From Octopus sinensis (taxonomy: Eukaryota), in contig NC_043006.1 of the NCBI RefSeq assembly GCF_006345805.1, positions 97,650,001 to 97,714,000 of the forward strand: a DNA stretch of 64,000 nt, written 5' to 3'. The position numbers were made by a program, and so were the translations under genes. The notes under the pieces were generated by a model, which did no database searches, had not been told where the DNA came from, and saw only the letters and a list, made by a program, of their open reading frames with translations. Shown here piece by piece: positions 40,800 to 54,674 of this stretch. Position 1 is the first letter of the stretch; the number at the start of each line of letters is the position of its first letter.

Positions 40800-41410
40800 G
40801 AAACACGATTAAAGATAGTTCATTTTATTTTCTTCAGAATCTCTTTCACTGTACAGTGTTGTAATGAAGCTGCTTTTCATCACCTGTGATCGTTGTTTCA
40901 AAAATGGGTTGTTTTTATTGCGTTTGAGCAGAGAATTTCAGATCGAAATATGGTCCATTAATTTTGTTTTCTAGTTTGTAGAGTGTCTGTGTGATGACTC
41001 GTGCCGTGTGACGTGGATTATCTTTGGTTATCCTTTCGTTTTGGTCATCATCAGTGAACATTTTACGGTCTTCCAGATTAAAATTTCCCCACTAAACCTA
41101 GTGAAATACTTACAAACAGTCCTCTTAGTTATGTCACCCTAGCCATAATTTTTCACGTTTGTATAGCAGTTTGTAATTAATACGGAAGGAAAAGAGTTTC
41201 AAATGACGAAAATGTATCACATTTTCATACATCTCCACTTTTAGTGTAAAATCAGTAGAAATAAAGTATCCACGCAATTATCGCACAGAGAAAGATGTGT
41301 TTCCTGTCATCCTTCGGAAAATATGCCATAGGTTTCAGTCACGTGGGAAATAGAATTACATGTTAAAACGTACCAATTAAAAACAGTCCAAACTTTCGCT
41401 CTGATGTAAT
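40800..41410 (-). mobile_element. Degenerate mariner 5' half
   Basis: IHFRHLKLFSFR, LLKRNKNNPFLK, ITGDEKQLHYN; TIR-like attacatcagagcgaaagtt near 41390-41410. Confidence 0.65.
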
Positions 41411-41436
41411 GATGGCAGAAACTGTGTACAAGCTCG

Positions 41437-41668
<232 letters not shown>

Positions 41669-41826
41669 CTTTATTTAAAGCAGCAGAAAATTCAACAAAA
41701 CCTGTTACTCTGAGTTTCCCGTTGCCGTTCGTCGGACAGTTTTTTCTAGCAAAAACTGTCCGACGAACGGGAACGTGAAACTCAGAGTAACAGGTTTTGT
41801 TGAATTTTCTGCTGCTTTAAATAAAG
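41669..41826. repeat. 158-bp near-perfect palindrome (77-bp arms, ~5-nt loop) with back-to-back hammerhead-like motifs (41702-41739 minus, 41756-41793 plus)
   Basis: Plus motif CTGT-CCGACGA-ACG(GGAA)CGT-GAAACT(CAG)AGTA-ACAG; U4 replaced by C. Confidence 0.85.
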
Positions 41827-41900
41827 CATATTACTCTACCACTGGTATTTGAGTACTCTTTTTTCCACCTTGTTTCACATTTATATGTTTACTCCGGTAT

Positions 41901-41932
<32 letters not shown>

Positions 41933-41980
41933 AGTATGAATAAAAAATGGAGTCAACGCAGGTGTAAACAAATATTTTTA

Positions 41981-42064
41981 CTTTCGACACATGTTTTGAA
42001 AATTCCACTGATACTATTCAAAAGAATAAATGGTATAAACAATGCAATATTCTCCTCAGGAAAG
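41981..42064 (-). ncRNA. Decayed long-helix-II hammerhead (G12 changed to A)
   Basis: CTTTC-CTGAGGA-GAA...TTC-AAAAC-ATGT-GTC-GAAAG; homologous to 50672-50748. Confidence 0.55.
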
Positions 42065-42659
42065 TGAAAAAAAACGAAACTCGTCATTAAGACATTTTAG
42101 CAAAAAATGATGGATTTGTATAGCGATAGACAGAACGCTATTAATATTGTTTAAAAAAACGTTATATGATATAACGTCATAAGTAGCTAACAGAAAGAGT
42201 AAGGATATTAATAGTGAATGTTAAATATAAAGGAAATTAAAGTTTAAATTATATATAATGATAGAGACTAGTTATATGCACTAAATGTATGTTTTTGCCA
42301 ATGCTTACATCTGTATGCTCATTCTATAACCGTGTTTACTAGAGTATTTTTAGAAAAAATAATGAAAAATAGCTCAGAATTGCAGAGAAGACAGAATTTC
42401 TAGATGTGTTTCGATTCTCATCCAAACTTGAAGAAATGAAATGTTGGTAATTTCGCTTCGAAACTAAGTACAGGCGTTTAATTTGTACATACATACATGC
42501 ATACATACATGCATATATACATATATACATACATACTTACATCCATGCATGCATGCATATATTCATTCATGCATGTATACATACGTAAGTACATACATAC
42601 ACACATACATATGCACACATATACATAGATATACTCATACACACATAGGCACAAATATA

Positions 42660-42870
42660 CGAGGGGATGCCGAAAAGTTCCCGGATTTAAGGGTATCGCG
42701 AAAGACTTGGATGGAGGCCCAATTTTCAGAGTTCTTTTACAGGGCTTAGAACAAATCTGTGATTGGTGTGAATGAATCTGAGAAGGGAACACGTTGAAAC
42801 AAAATCATAATTAACACGTTCTCCTGTCTTTTCGTTTACCCCTAACCAGAGAAATTTCGGCTTCCCTTCG
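42660..42870 (+). mobile_element. 211-bp internally deleted mariner derivative (MITE)
   Basis: TA|CGAGGGGATGCCGAAAAGTT ... AATTTCGGCTTCCCTTCG|TA; internal remnant resembles a transposase C-terminus. Confidence 0.75.
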
Positions 42871-43173
42871 TATATAGATATATAATAGACTTGCGTGTGG
42901 GCATACGTACTCACATATGTGTGTATGAATGTATGCAAGTGTTTGTATGTGTGTGTATGTGTGTGTCTGCGTGTGAGTACATATGTGCAAGTAGGTGTGT
43001 ATTTAAAAGTGAAAGAAATACCAAAGTTAAGTTTTACGAATGTTTTTCTTAGTAGTTATACATGACTAACCACGTTGAAATCAACACTAAAGTGTTCGAC
43101 CTCCTTTACGATTTCCCGCCATATTTATTTCACACAAAAAACTTTAAAAGTTTTTGCAAATGTGCAATGATAT

Positions 43174-43228
<55 letters not shown>

Positions 43229-43829
43229 CGGTCAGGTTTATATATAAACAGCATATTTAACACATACTTTCCAGTTCGATTCTACATTATATTAATTAAA
43301 TAATTTATTAATTAAATTTGTTATGTACTCTCACTTGTATTTCTTGCGATTAATTTTGCTATCTCTATATCCTTGCGGTTTCTCGTCAATTTTAATCATT
43401 CAATAAAATGAATATGAATATCATATTTCATATAACGTATACCAATAACATTTTGTCAGACGAATCGGCATCATGTATATTCTGCAATCAAGTTGAAGGA
43501 AAGCAATGTTTTCTTGTACATATATCTAAAGAATTAATTTGCTAAACCTCGGTATTGTCTTTTCTATTTTAACTGATCCATTCATTGATCTACGCCCAAA
43601 CCTGGATATCGCCCTCAAGAGTTTTAATCGGCAAATCAACCCCAGTGCTTATGTGTTTTTTAAACTTGTACTTATGGTATCAGTTTTTATTTTCTTCTTG
43701 CCGACCAATTAGGTTTCAGAATTAAACAAAGAGCAGTTGTCAAGAATGGACATGAGGGTGGCACAAAGACAAGCGCACACGCCGGTACTCAATCACGCTC
43801 GGACGCGCACACACGCGTATGTATGTATC

Positions 43830-43948
43830 TGTCTATCTACCTTTCTTTCTTTCTTCTTTCTTTCTAATTTCCTTTTATCTATCTATCTATTTATCTATCT
43901 ACCTATCTCTCTACCTCTCTTTCTTCTTTCTGTCTATCTATCTATCTC

Positions 43949-43983
<35 letters not shown>

Positions 43984-44052
43984 GTCTTTCTTCTTCTTTC
44001 TTTCTAATTTCCTTTTATCTATCTATCTATCTCTCTATCTATCTATCTATCT

Positions 44053-44151
<99 letters not shown>

Positions 44152-44202
44152 CTTTATCAATCTACTTTTCTTTCTATCTTTCTTTCTGTCTTTCTTCTAT
44201 CC

Positions 44203-44257
<55 letters not shown>

Positions 44258-44290
44258 CATCCATCCATCCATCCATCCATCCATCCATCC

Positions 44291-44348
<58 letters not shown>

Positions 44349-44358
44349 TTATCCATCC
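43830..44358. repeat. Compound (TATC)n/(TCTT)n/(CCAT)n microsatellite with an internal duplicated block
   Basis: Seen directly. Confidence 0.9.
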
Positions 44359-45599
44359 CACGGGCTTTCCGTCAACAAAATCGCTTGTTAAACCCGAGGG
44401 CAGTGCAATGCGATGGTATAAGACACTTGTCGAAGGTGCCACACAGAGGAACTAAACTCGAAACTACGTAACTGCAAAGCGAGCATCTCCATCACACAGC
44501 CATTCGTTCGCCTGTTACAGAATTAAAGTTAAAAAGTAAATACTAGGTGTGGAGGAAATTTTAATTAAAATCAAAAATGTGTGTTTCTTTTTGAAATATT
44601 AAAATGTAAAACTATTTTGGTGAACAAATATTTACATTTCAATACTATGGAACAAGCGCAGAATGAAGAATTTTGGAAATTTGTTTGGTTTATAAAATGT
44701 TTTCGTTTGGTTTTTGAAGCTCACGTTTGTCTGTGATTTTGTGCAAATGTTCACAAATATTTCTTCATCCTAAAGAACACGATGCCGCAGGTGATTCTTC
44801 TCAACGGGACACACAGATAGACAGACATCAAGACATGATTTTGTGTGTGAACATGCAAGGTCAAAAATTAAATAGTTTGATTGTCTGCCGAAATTAATTC
44901 ATTGAAAACAGAAAAAATAAAGAAATTGAAAACTAATAATGAAACATTACTTTTAATAAAATTTCAATACGGTTTTCGCAGAGAAATGTCATTTAACATT
45001 TCTTTAGAATATTCTGAATGGGAATGGGAATGGTAAATTCCATAGCACGTTGCATCCTGGGGCTACATTGAATATTTCTTGTATTATATGTGACAACCCA
45101 CGCTGCTTAGATTAATAGGGAGTCATCACATGATTGCCTAACCTGCTTGAAATAGTAACTTAATACTCCAGAAACACTAATGTTCTGTAAAAATAGTAAT
45201 GCTAGAATACATAAGATAGTTTAGTTCTGTGTAGTCTCATTCCAATGGAATGGTCGTGGATGGAATACTTTGCAAAACAAAACAGTAGAAACAAAATCAC
45301 AGAGTTCACTTTGATGTCTGCATTCATATATCACAGCATGATACCTATCCGCCCTGTATTTTAGGGCAGATAGAAAACATTCACCCCCAGATGTCTAAGC
45401 TAAGCACCTACTGTATTATTGTGACCTGCATAGGTCGTGCGATCTTCCAATTCTTTCCTGATCAACATGTGCATTACAAGAAAAGAAAAGACTTTAATCA
45501 GCTCTGCAGATTTCATTATTCTCCAAGGAGCGCTCACCGGGAAGAAACGGAATTACGCGATTCAATTCGATAGTTTAATTCATGAGAGTTTTCAAATCA

Positions 45600-46560
45600 G
45601 GGGGCAGTTCTTATCGAGTGTCCTCGATCAGTTGATAGTTTTTATGTACCTCAGAAAGATTCGACACTATGTGGCGTGAAGGTTTCCTGTCCTTCTGTTT
45701 GTATTCGATTTGTTCATGATCTCACTGATGTTTTTTTCTTGTCGACAATACGACAACTGCATTATCCTGAATTGGAGGTTTTGCAATGATGGTCTTCTTA
45801 AGTTTTCTTCGTTTCTGATACAAACATGGGTGAAAATTCCGAAGATTTACCTCAAACACCTTTGGTGAAAGACATCTAATGTTTTGGTAACATTCGTAGT
45901 TTCTCCACATTTGACTTGCATATAGAGCCACTGGTAATCCGATGATACCATGCACGCAGATCTCAATGATGATGTCTTGTGTGTTCATAGCCTTTATCTT
46001 GTACTTTGGCTGAAATACTGGTGATACCTTCCCGATTCTTCATTTGATATCTATATCAGCGTATCCAAAACCACCCTTAACACTGCCAAGGTATGTTAAT
46101 TGACTCGCATTTTTGACCCTTTGGTCTTCAAACTCTGAGAAATTATTTTCACTTCATTGGACGACCTTGCATTCACTCTCAATTTGGTTCTTGGTTTTCT
46201 CCGCCTCTTCAGTCAACACTTTCTGGATCCTGCTAATAATGCAGCAACAGCAAAATCCAGATCCGCCAACGATCTCTGATCTTTCCTTTCGATATCATAT
46301 TCATTGTTGTCAGCTGCCCTTTTTCAAAATAGAGGACACGATTAATAGCAAAAGGAATGGAGAGACGATGTATCTCTGGTGAACCCTTATGGTGATGTGG
46401 GAGTATCCAGCGGTTCTCATTTCCGTCTTTACACAGCGAAAATTGCAAGTGATCTCCACAGATGAAAAGCAGAGTATATGTTTGGGTGGAACTTTTTCAC
46501 ATGATGTTGAACTAATTACCCCCAAATTAGCATTCAGATATCAAGATGATTACTTGAACC
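45600..46560 (-). mobile_element. RTE-clade LINE RT remnant
   Basis: Minus frames LTYLGSVKGGFGYADIDIK*RIGK and VALYASQMWRNYE, matching the RTE RT C-terminal motifs YLGS...RIGK and LLYxxExW. Confidence 0.65.
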
Positions 46561-48181
46561 ACAGCTAGTTACAGGAATGAGAAAATCTAGATAGAAAAAA
46601 GTAGAGTGCGATCAAGGAACTTAAACATACCAAAAACTCAGAAGAAAAACCAAAATAAACTAGCTGTTGTAGACCATATGTCCTTTCAGCTGCTGACGTA
46701 GAGAAGTCTAGGTGTTCTAACTTCAGTGATCAAAATATCAAAGAGCTGCTCTCAATTGCAATGGTTTTAGACAACAATGGCTACGAGGTATCATAGTCGA
46801 AAGAAAGGATATACAGTTGAGTGGAACAATTGGGGTGGTTTCTCAGACTGACTGGCCTCAGACAAGGTATTTTGCAGCTTACAGCTATAGCATCTTCGTG
46901 ATGCCATTAATTGAAGAATACAAGAAAAAGCAGTTTAGGTTTAGACAGGAGCGGTTATACGCTAAATAAATCTTTACAACGTGGAATGTTACCACGCAAA
47001 AATCTGGATTCCAGCAGCGATTCTCAATAATCTTCGATTACAAAAAATATTTAACAGCGTTGATTGAAAGTTTCTGTGGAGTATCGTAAAACCTACTGGA
47101 TTTCGAAGAATTACATTGCAATCTTAAACAAATGATAGTCAACTGAAATAACTTCTGTACACGATTGATATTTTTATCTTCAATATCAAAGATTCGTAAT
47201 TACAGAGCGTTTGAAAGCAATTTTTTTTCTTTCCTATATTTTTTTTTTGGCTTCCTTTGAAATGTTTAAAAACATTGATTTTACTTTCTTCTATTTATTT
47301 TTCTGCCGGCGTCTTGTTTTCTTTTTCAAATTCTTAATCTTAATAAATAAACATTTAGGACCAAAGTTAAAAGAACATGATAAGATTTGATGAAAAATAT
47401 TCCTCTTTGAACTGTTATAGTCAAGTAAGCTACATTTTATTGAATGATTAAAACTAATTAGAATTCGCAAGGAACCAGAAATAGCAAAAGTAAAACTTGA
47501 ATCACAAGAAATACAAGTTAGAGTACATAACAAATTTAATTAATAAATTAGAATTTTCTATGTAGAATCGAATGGGAAAGTATGTGATAAAAATTGGAAC
47601 ATAAAATATTACGCTATTTATATATAACCTGACCGTTATATATACCATATCATTGCACATTTGCAGGAACAGTTTTGTCAAGTTTTTTTTTTTCGTATAA
47701 AATAAATCTGCACTTTCTGTAAACTAATAATAATTATATAAAGAAAGATCATTACAACAATAGTTTTAATGCAGAAAATGGTTTACACAACATTAAAAAT
47801 TTTTTAAAAATATATTTAGCTTTTATTAAGGGCCAGGAATAGGTGAATCCAGTACCTTTGTCGTTTTCAGGATCCCAATGGGATAGTTAAAGAAGAGCGT
47901 ATGAATTTATCCTCAAGTCAGTGACTTGCCCAGAAAGCTTGTTTCACAGTGACCTCTACAAGATCTAATTGAAGCTGAGCTAGAGTTATTAACCCGGGGC
48001 ACCAAATTAAGTCTAATATCTAAATATTCTTGACGAAAAGTGATGAAACAAAGTCATGAAAAAAATACAGCAAAAAATCACGCCTAATGTTTTAACAATC
48101 GGTCAATCTACCGTTCTCACTTAGTACGTTATTTTAAGGGCACCGACTGAACCTAACAGTGCTTTAATAATGTCATAAAAG

Positions 48182-48701
48182 AAAGGCGGCGAGCTGGCAG
48201 AAACGTTAGCAAGCCGGGCGAAATGCGTAGCCGTATTTCGTCTGCCGCTACGTTTTGAGTACCAGTTGTGCACTGGGGTCGATGTAATCGACCTAATCCA
48301 TTTGTGTGTCCTTGTTTGTCCCCTCTCTGTTTAGCTCCTTGTGGGTAGTAAAGAAATAGGTATAAGGTCAGCCACTACGTTCTGAGTTCAAATTCTGCCG
48401 AGGTCGACTTTGCCTTTCCTCCATTCGGGGTCGATAAAATAAGTACCAGTTGTGCACTGGGGTCGATGTAAGCGACTTAATCCGTTTGTCTGTCTTGTTT
48501 GTCCCCTGTGTGTTTAGCCCCTTGTGGGTAGTAAAGACATAGGTATTTAGTCTGTCTTTATGTTCTGAGTTCAAATTCCGCCGAGGTCGACGTTGCCGTC
48601 ATCCTTTCGCGGACGATAAATTAAGCACCAGTTGCGTACTGGGGTCGATCCAATCGACCACCCCCTCCAAAATTTCGGGTATTGTGCCTAGAGTAGAAAA
48701 G
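48182..48701 (+). mobile_element. Chimeric trimer of SINE family B inserted as one unit
   Basis: One head plus three partial bodies; 16-bp direct repeat AATAATGTCATAAAAG at 48166-48181 and 48702-48717. Confidence 0.8.
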
Positions 48702-49043
48702 AATAATGTCATAAAAGGCAAACTTTAAAGCCTTGCAGATTGATATGGTTATCTGGGACTCATTGATTGGAAGCCGTACATTATGGAGAGAGTCTATCAA
48801 GTAGAAATGTGGTGTCCTTAAGCAAAAGCGAATAGAGTAAGCTGCATTGCAGTGACCACTCCATGGACGCCACTCAAGTGCAGCGCCTGCAAAACCCAAT
48901 AGGATATAAAGAGCAACGCCTGTGGAAGATTCCTGGATTTGTCAGACATCGAAAGTCGCAAGTGCTAGGATAAATCGATCTGCTTGTGACACAGTTCTAC
49001 TCTCTCACGCACCGCGATACGCATGTACTAGAAAAGAGAAATA

Positions 49044-49134
<91 letters not shown>

Positions 49135-49151
49135 CATCTATCCATCTATCC

Positions 49152-49196
<45 letters not shown>

Positions 49197-50029
49197 CCTA
49201 TCTATTTATCTATATCTGTCTATCTACTAATCTGTCTATATATCTGTCTATGTGTGCGTCTCTCTACACTCTAATTGTGTATATTTTAACTTCACTCTTT
49301 TTCCATCTATCATCTAATCTCTCCAACTTTTTATCCCTCCCTTTCTGTCTACCTCTCTATCAATACATGTGGGTATACATGTATATATGTGTGTGCTTGT
49401 GTCTATCAGTAAGTGTATTCACTCAATTTCTTTACATGAAAAATGCCCAATAGATATTTCGTTCCTTCGTAAATTATATTTCTCGCAACACAAGTAGTCA
49501 GCATAAATCCAATTTGAAAAGAAATAGAAAGTAACACTTAATAGTGTAAAAACAGAATAACCAGAAAAAAAATTCGAAAGAAAACTACAAATATATATTC
49601 CTGAAAAACAACATTAGTAGTTAAGAAAATAAAAGCACCATAACAAAAGCATAAAGATTAAACAAAAGAATTAAAACCAAACAAAGAATTTACTAAATCG
49701 TGGAGATACTTCAGGCCAAGCATCAATATAGGTGAGTATAAAGCAGTAAAGTGATAAATTTGATGTTATTAAATTATCATGTTTCACTTTCAAGTCTGTG
49801 GAATTGTCTCTATAATTAGAAAGTTTTCGGTTGAATAGAGATAGATTTTGCTTCTCGTCTACCATTTTTGTTATCTCGCAAATGTTGTGTGCCAGTGTCT
49901 CTGTATGTGTGTATGTGTGTGTGTGTGTCTTTGTGTGTGTGTTGCCTGTGTGTGTTTAGGAATATGTATTATAGTATATGCAGGTGTAATATATATACAT
50001 ACATATGTATGTATATGAGTGTCTTATAA

Positions 50030-50097
<68 letters not shown>

Positions 50098-50146
50098 AGA
50101 GAGACAGAGAGCGAGAGAGATGTTTATATATGGATATACACATACA

Positions 50147-50181
<35 letters not shown>

Positions 50182-50671
50182 GTGTATATTATATATATAT
50201 ATATATAATATGTATTATGTAAATGTATATACATATATAGAATATGTGTGTATATATATATAGACATACACACGCACACACATATGTATATATATTTATA
50301 TGTATGTATGCACATTATGCCATCATGCACATACACAAGTACATATCTGTATGTATACACATACGAATATATGGGGATGGATCGTATATGCATGTGCTTT
50401 TGTGTGGTGTGTGAATCTAAGATTATATGGGGAAATGTATCCATTGCATAAATTATAGTATTTTGAATAAAGTCTGGCATAAACAATTGCCTTCAGTGCA
50501 GATTCACAGCCACCGATATTATTCAGTATATAAATACCCTTTAAAGATTATACACACACACACACGCACACCCACCCACACACACACACACACATACACA
50601 CACACACACATATATATATATGAATAAATGAAAGAAAGGAGTCGAACGAAGATGTTAACAAAATTCCTTTA

Positions 50672-50748
50672 CTCTCGACACATGTTTCGAAGACATCATA
50701 TTTTCATTCCGAAGGAATAAAGGGTGCATTATGCAATCTTCTCATCAC
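50672..50748 (-). ncRNA. Decayed hammerhead of the 41981 family
   Basis: GTGATGA-GAAGA...TCTTC-GAAAC-ATGT-GTC-GAGAG; C3 changed to G without compensation and 5' strand of helix I lost. Confidence 0.55.
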
Positions 50749-50835
50749 GTGTTTTCTGGCGTGAATTTGCTACCCTGGTTTCGGTTAAACGAATTTTCCA
50801 TGCTGGCGATAAACATAGGATAATTCATTCACCTA

Positions 50836-50961
<126 letters not shown>

Positions 50962-51642
50962 ATATACACATACATATATATACGTATATATGTATAATAT
51001 TTTAAGGATATTTACATGTTGAATGCGTTTGTGTACGTGTGTGTATGTATTTTCATATATTTGCACGTTTTTGTACATGAAAACGAGAAACGCTTTCGGT
51101 GCGGGACTTTGCACCTGTGGTTTGTCCACGAGGAGTTCCATTTTAGCAGTAAGTGACTGAGGCCGTATCTGCCACACAGGAGGCAATATTACACCGAAAC
51201 ACCATATCTGGAAGGTCATTAATGTTACTTAAATCTCGGTTCGACCTTATTTTTCTACATACATGTTGTATAGAGAGAAATTTTTTTCCAGTGCACAATT
51301 ACACAGGCAGTCTTTCAGAATCGGTTGTTAATAAGAATGTCGTAAAAACAAAGGCGCATATATTTATTTCAATTCTCACGTTAAATCCATCCATCCATCC
51401 ATACACCAGCATCCATAGAGTATTTGTAATGGCAAGTATTAAGCATTGGTGTTAACAAATCAATTTGACGTATTTATAATAGAACTAAAATTAAATAAAA
51501 AAAAATTAGCAGTCGTCTGGAGTTAAAAAGCTTAGATATACACCAATGTTAAAAGGAACAGCATTGTTAAAAATAGGAGTGAGCTGATGTGTGCAGTCTT
51601 GGAAAACTGTGATAGAAATGATATACACGAGGAATATTGGGA

Positions 51643-52266
51643 GGGTTAAGCTGGCTTCATTCATCCTCAATGCTGCATCTCTCACAAACGCCGACCAGGC
51701 CTGGTCGACGTTTGTGAGAGACGCAGCATTGAGGATGAATGAAGCCGGCTCAACCCACCCCGGGTGAATGCTGGAAGAAGAAGAAGAAGAAGAAGAAGAA
51801 GAAGAAGAAGAAGAAGAAGAAGAAGAAGAGAAGAAGAAGAAGAAGAAAGGAAGAAGAAAAGAAGAAGAAGAAGAAAGGAAGAAGAAAAGAAGAAGAAGAA
51901 GAAAGGAAGAAGAAAAGAAGAAGAAGAAGAAAAAGAAGAAGAAAAGAAGAAAAAGAAGAAGAAGAAGAAGAAGAAGAAAAGAGGAAGAAGAAGAAGAAGA
52001 AGAAGAAAGAAGAAGAAGAAGAAAAGAAGAAGAGAAGAAGAAGAAGAAAAAGAAGAAGAAGAAGAAGAAAAGAAGAAGAGAAGAAGAAGAAGAAGAAGAA
52101 GAAAAGAAGAAAAAGAAGAAGAAAAGAAGAAGAAGAAGAGAAGAAGAAGAAGAAAAGAAGAAAAAGAAGAAGAAGAAGAAAAGAGGAGAAAGAAGAAGAA
52201 GAAGAAGAAGAAGAAGAAGAAAAAGAAGAAGAAGAAGAAGAAGAAGAAAAGAAGAAGAAGAAGAAG
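51643..52266 (+). mobile_element. RTE-like LINE extreme 3' end with an inverted duplication (114-bp loopless palindrome, 51643-51756) and a ~490-bp (GAA)n-type tail
   Basis: Right arm encodes WSTFVRDAALRMNEAGSTHPG*, an RTE-type terminus; palindrome centre is CCAGG|CCTGG. Confidence 0.7.
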
Positions 52267-52439
52267 TGATAGAAATGACGGGACAGTCCAGGCTTTCGTA
52301 CTCATATCAAATTAATGGTTACAATGCTGTTATCTTTCCTACTCTCCTCAACGTTGCTGAAATTTCGACAGTATAAAAACCGCGTGCTAAAAAGTTTAAA
52401 CATTTCTATATGGCTTGCCTATGGTTGATTTCAGATTAA

Positions 52440-52870
52440 AGTAATAAGTAAGATTTCCCCATACAAATGTTCTCAGGCACGCCAATGCAGTCAGTTTCTT
52501 GGCCAGCTTCAAGCAAATCCGGCTGTATTGGGCTGGGTGTGACATCAAATGAAAGACTGGTAGACCGCTGGAGGTAAACCGTCTTTAGCTTGCAAAATAG
52601 AGAACGGAGGCTCAATGTGCGTTGTAAACGATTCAAAGACGCAAAGAAAGAGTGCAGGATGAAACTAAACTCATGGCAAGATCTTCCCCGCGATATGTCA
52701 GTTTCGAAAAGAAGCTTCCCCAAGTCGTTTGAAATGCTAAAAGTTTCTAGAGTAAATCCCAAAGCAGAAGGTCGTAAACCACGCCCTAGCAGTTTTGGAA
52801 TAAATAAACGTCAGTGTGTGATCTGCCGCAGTTCCCAAAATAGAACCCATCTGCTTTCGCAGAACTAAGT
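52440..52870 (+). mobile_element. Degenerate RTE-clade ORF C-terminus
   Basis: RLYWAGC, KRFKDAKKEC...WQDLPRD.S...FEM...RK...CVICRSS pattern. Confidence 0.55.
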
Positions 52871-52908
52871 GGTAGATGTTCGTCAATTAATAATTTCGCA
52901 TTTGCTGC

Positions 52909-53490
<582 letters not shown>

Positions 53491-53589
53491 AAAAAGAATC
53501 ATCGTCAAATTTGGCGTATATGAACGCACGCATACACATGGCGCACGGGCGCACACAGACACACACACACACAAACAAATAAACACATA

Positions 53590-54392
53590 CAAATGTACCA
53601 CCATGCATTTTGGGAGGAGAAACCCAGCGTCCACCTACTCCCTCCACAACACTAGTCTCAAAAAGTCTTCAAGTGAACGTGACCTGGGTGTTATTGTCGA
53701 CAGCGATTTGCGTTGGACAAAACACATCGCTAAAATTGTCAAGAAGGCTGAGGGTGTCTTGGCATCACTCACCAAATCCTTTGTGAGCCGCTCTCCGGCT
53801 ATCTATCTGCGGCTGTATATAGCTATGGTAAGACCTCACCTGGAGTTTGCATCGCCGGTCTGGAGCCCCTATCTTGCCCAGGACATCAATCGCCTGGAAG
53901 CTGTTCAGCGACGTGCAACCAAAAGAATACCCTCCATCAGGCATTTGCCATATCCTGAACGCCTTACCTCCCTGGGCATGGACACATTGAAACTCCGACG
54001 TCTGGCAGATGACTTGGCAGACACCCATAAAATTATCAACCATCGCACAAACAATAACTCTGAGCACCTCTTCAAACTCCACCCATCTAACACCCGAGGA
54101 CATGTTTACAAAGTAAGAAAACAGCACAGCTCCCATGACTTCAGGAAACATTTTTTCACGCTGAGAGTTGCTGAAGCGTGGAACAAACTGCCGACATCGG
54201 TTGTTAGTTGTCGGAGCACTGCTTCCTTCAAGACTTCCATGCTTCCTGAGATTCGCCAACACTACACTTGATTTTCTCCCCTCCATACACCCAGGCATTT
54301 CTACACTACTGCATGTACTTTATATGCACTTTCTGACAAGTTGTGGTGCACCTGAACACTGTATACAATAATTTCATTATTATTATTTTATT
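53590..54392 (+). mobile_element. 5'-truncated CR1-clade LINE (open RT C-terminus 53603-54271, 3' UTR, (ATT)n tail)
   Basis: ERDLGVIVDSDL, LYIAMVRPHLEFASPVWSPY, RLEAVQRRATK, RRLADDL, RKHFFTLRVAEAWNKLP. Confidence 0.9.
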
Positions 54393-54674
54393 ATACATGC
54401 TGTTGCATTCATCAAATTTTTATTAACATCTTTAAGCAATATGTCTTATAAAGCGAATTTTGCAATATATTAAGAGAGTGAAGTGAAAGGCGTTTTTGAT
54501 TTAGAAGTAGCCTTAAGTGACGAAACTGAAATCTAATTACGGATTTGGAATCAATGAATGCTTACCACATACTTATGCAACAGTTTGAAAAGGATCTGTT
54601 CAAATGATTAGAAATATCACATTGGAAATGGACATAAGCTAGTACTTGGGGAATTTAAGACTTAAATTAGACAT

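Noticed and set aside
51682-52376. Long poly-K/E/R and poly-F/L/S ORFs
   Set aside because: Translations of the (GAA)n LINE tail.
52436-52762. Protein-like minus-strand ORF (MGFTLETFSISNDLGK...)
   Set aside because: Antisense of the RTE C-terminus recognisable on the + strand; no splice signals.
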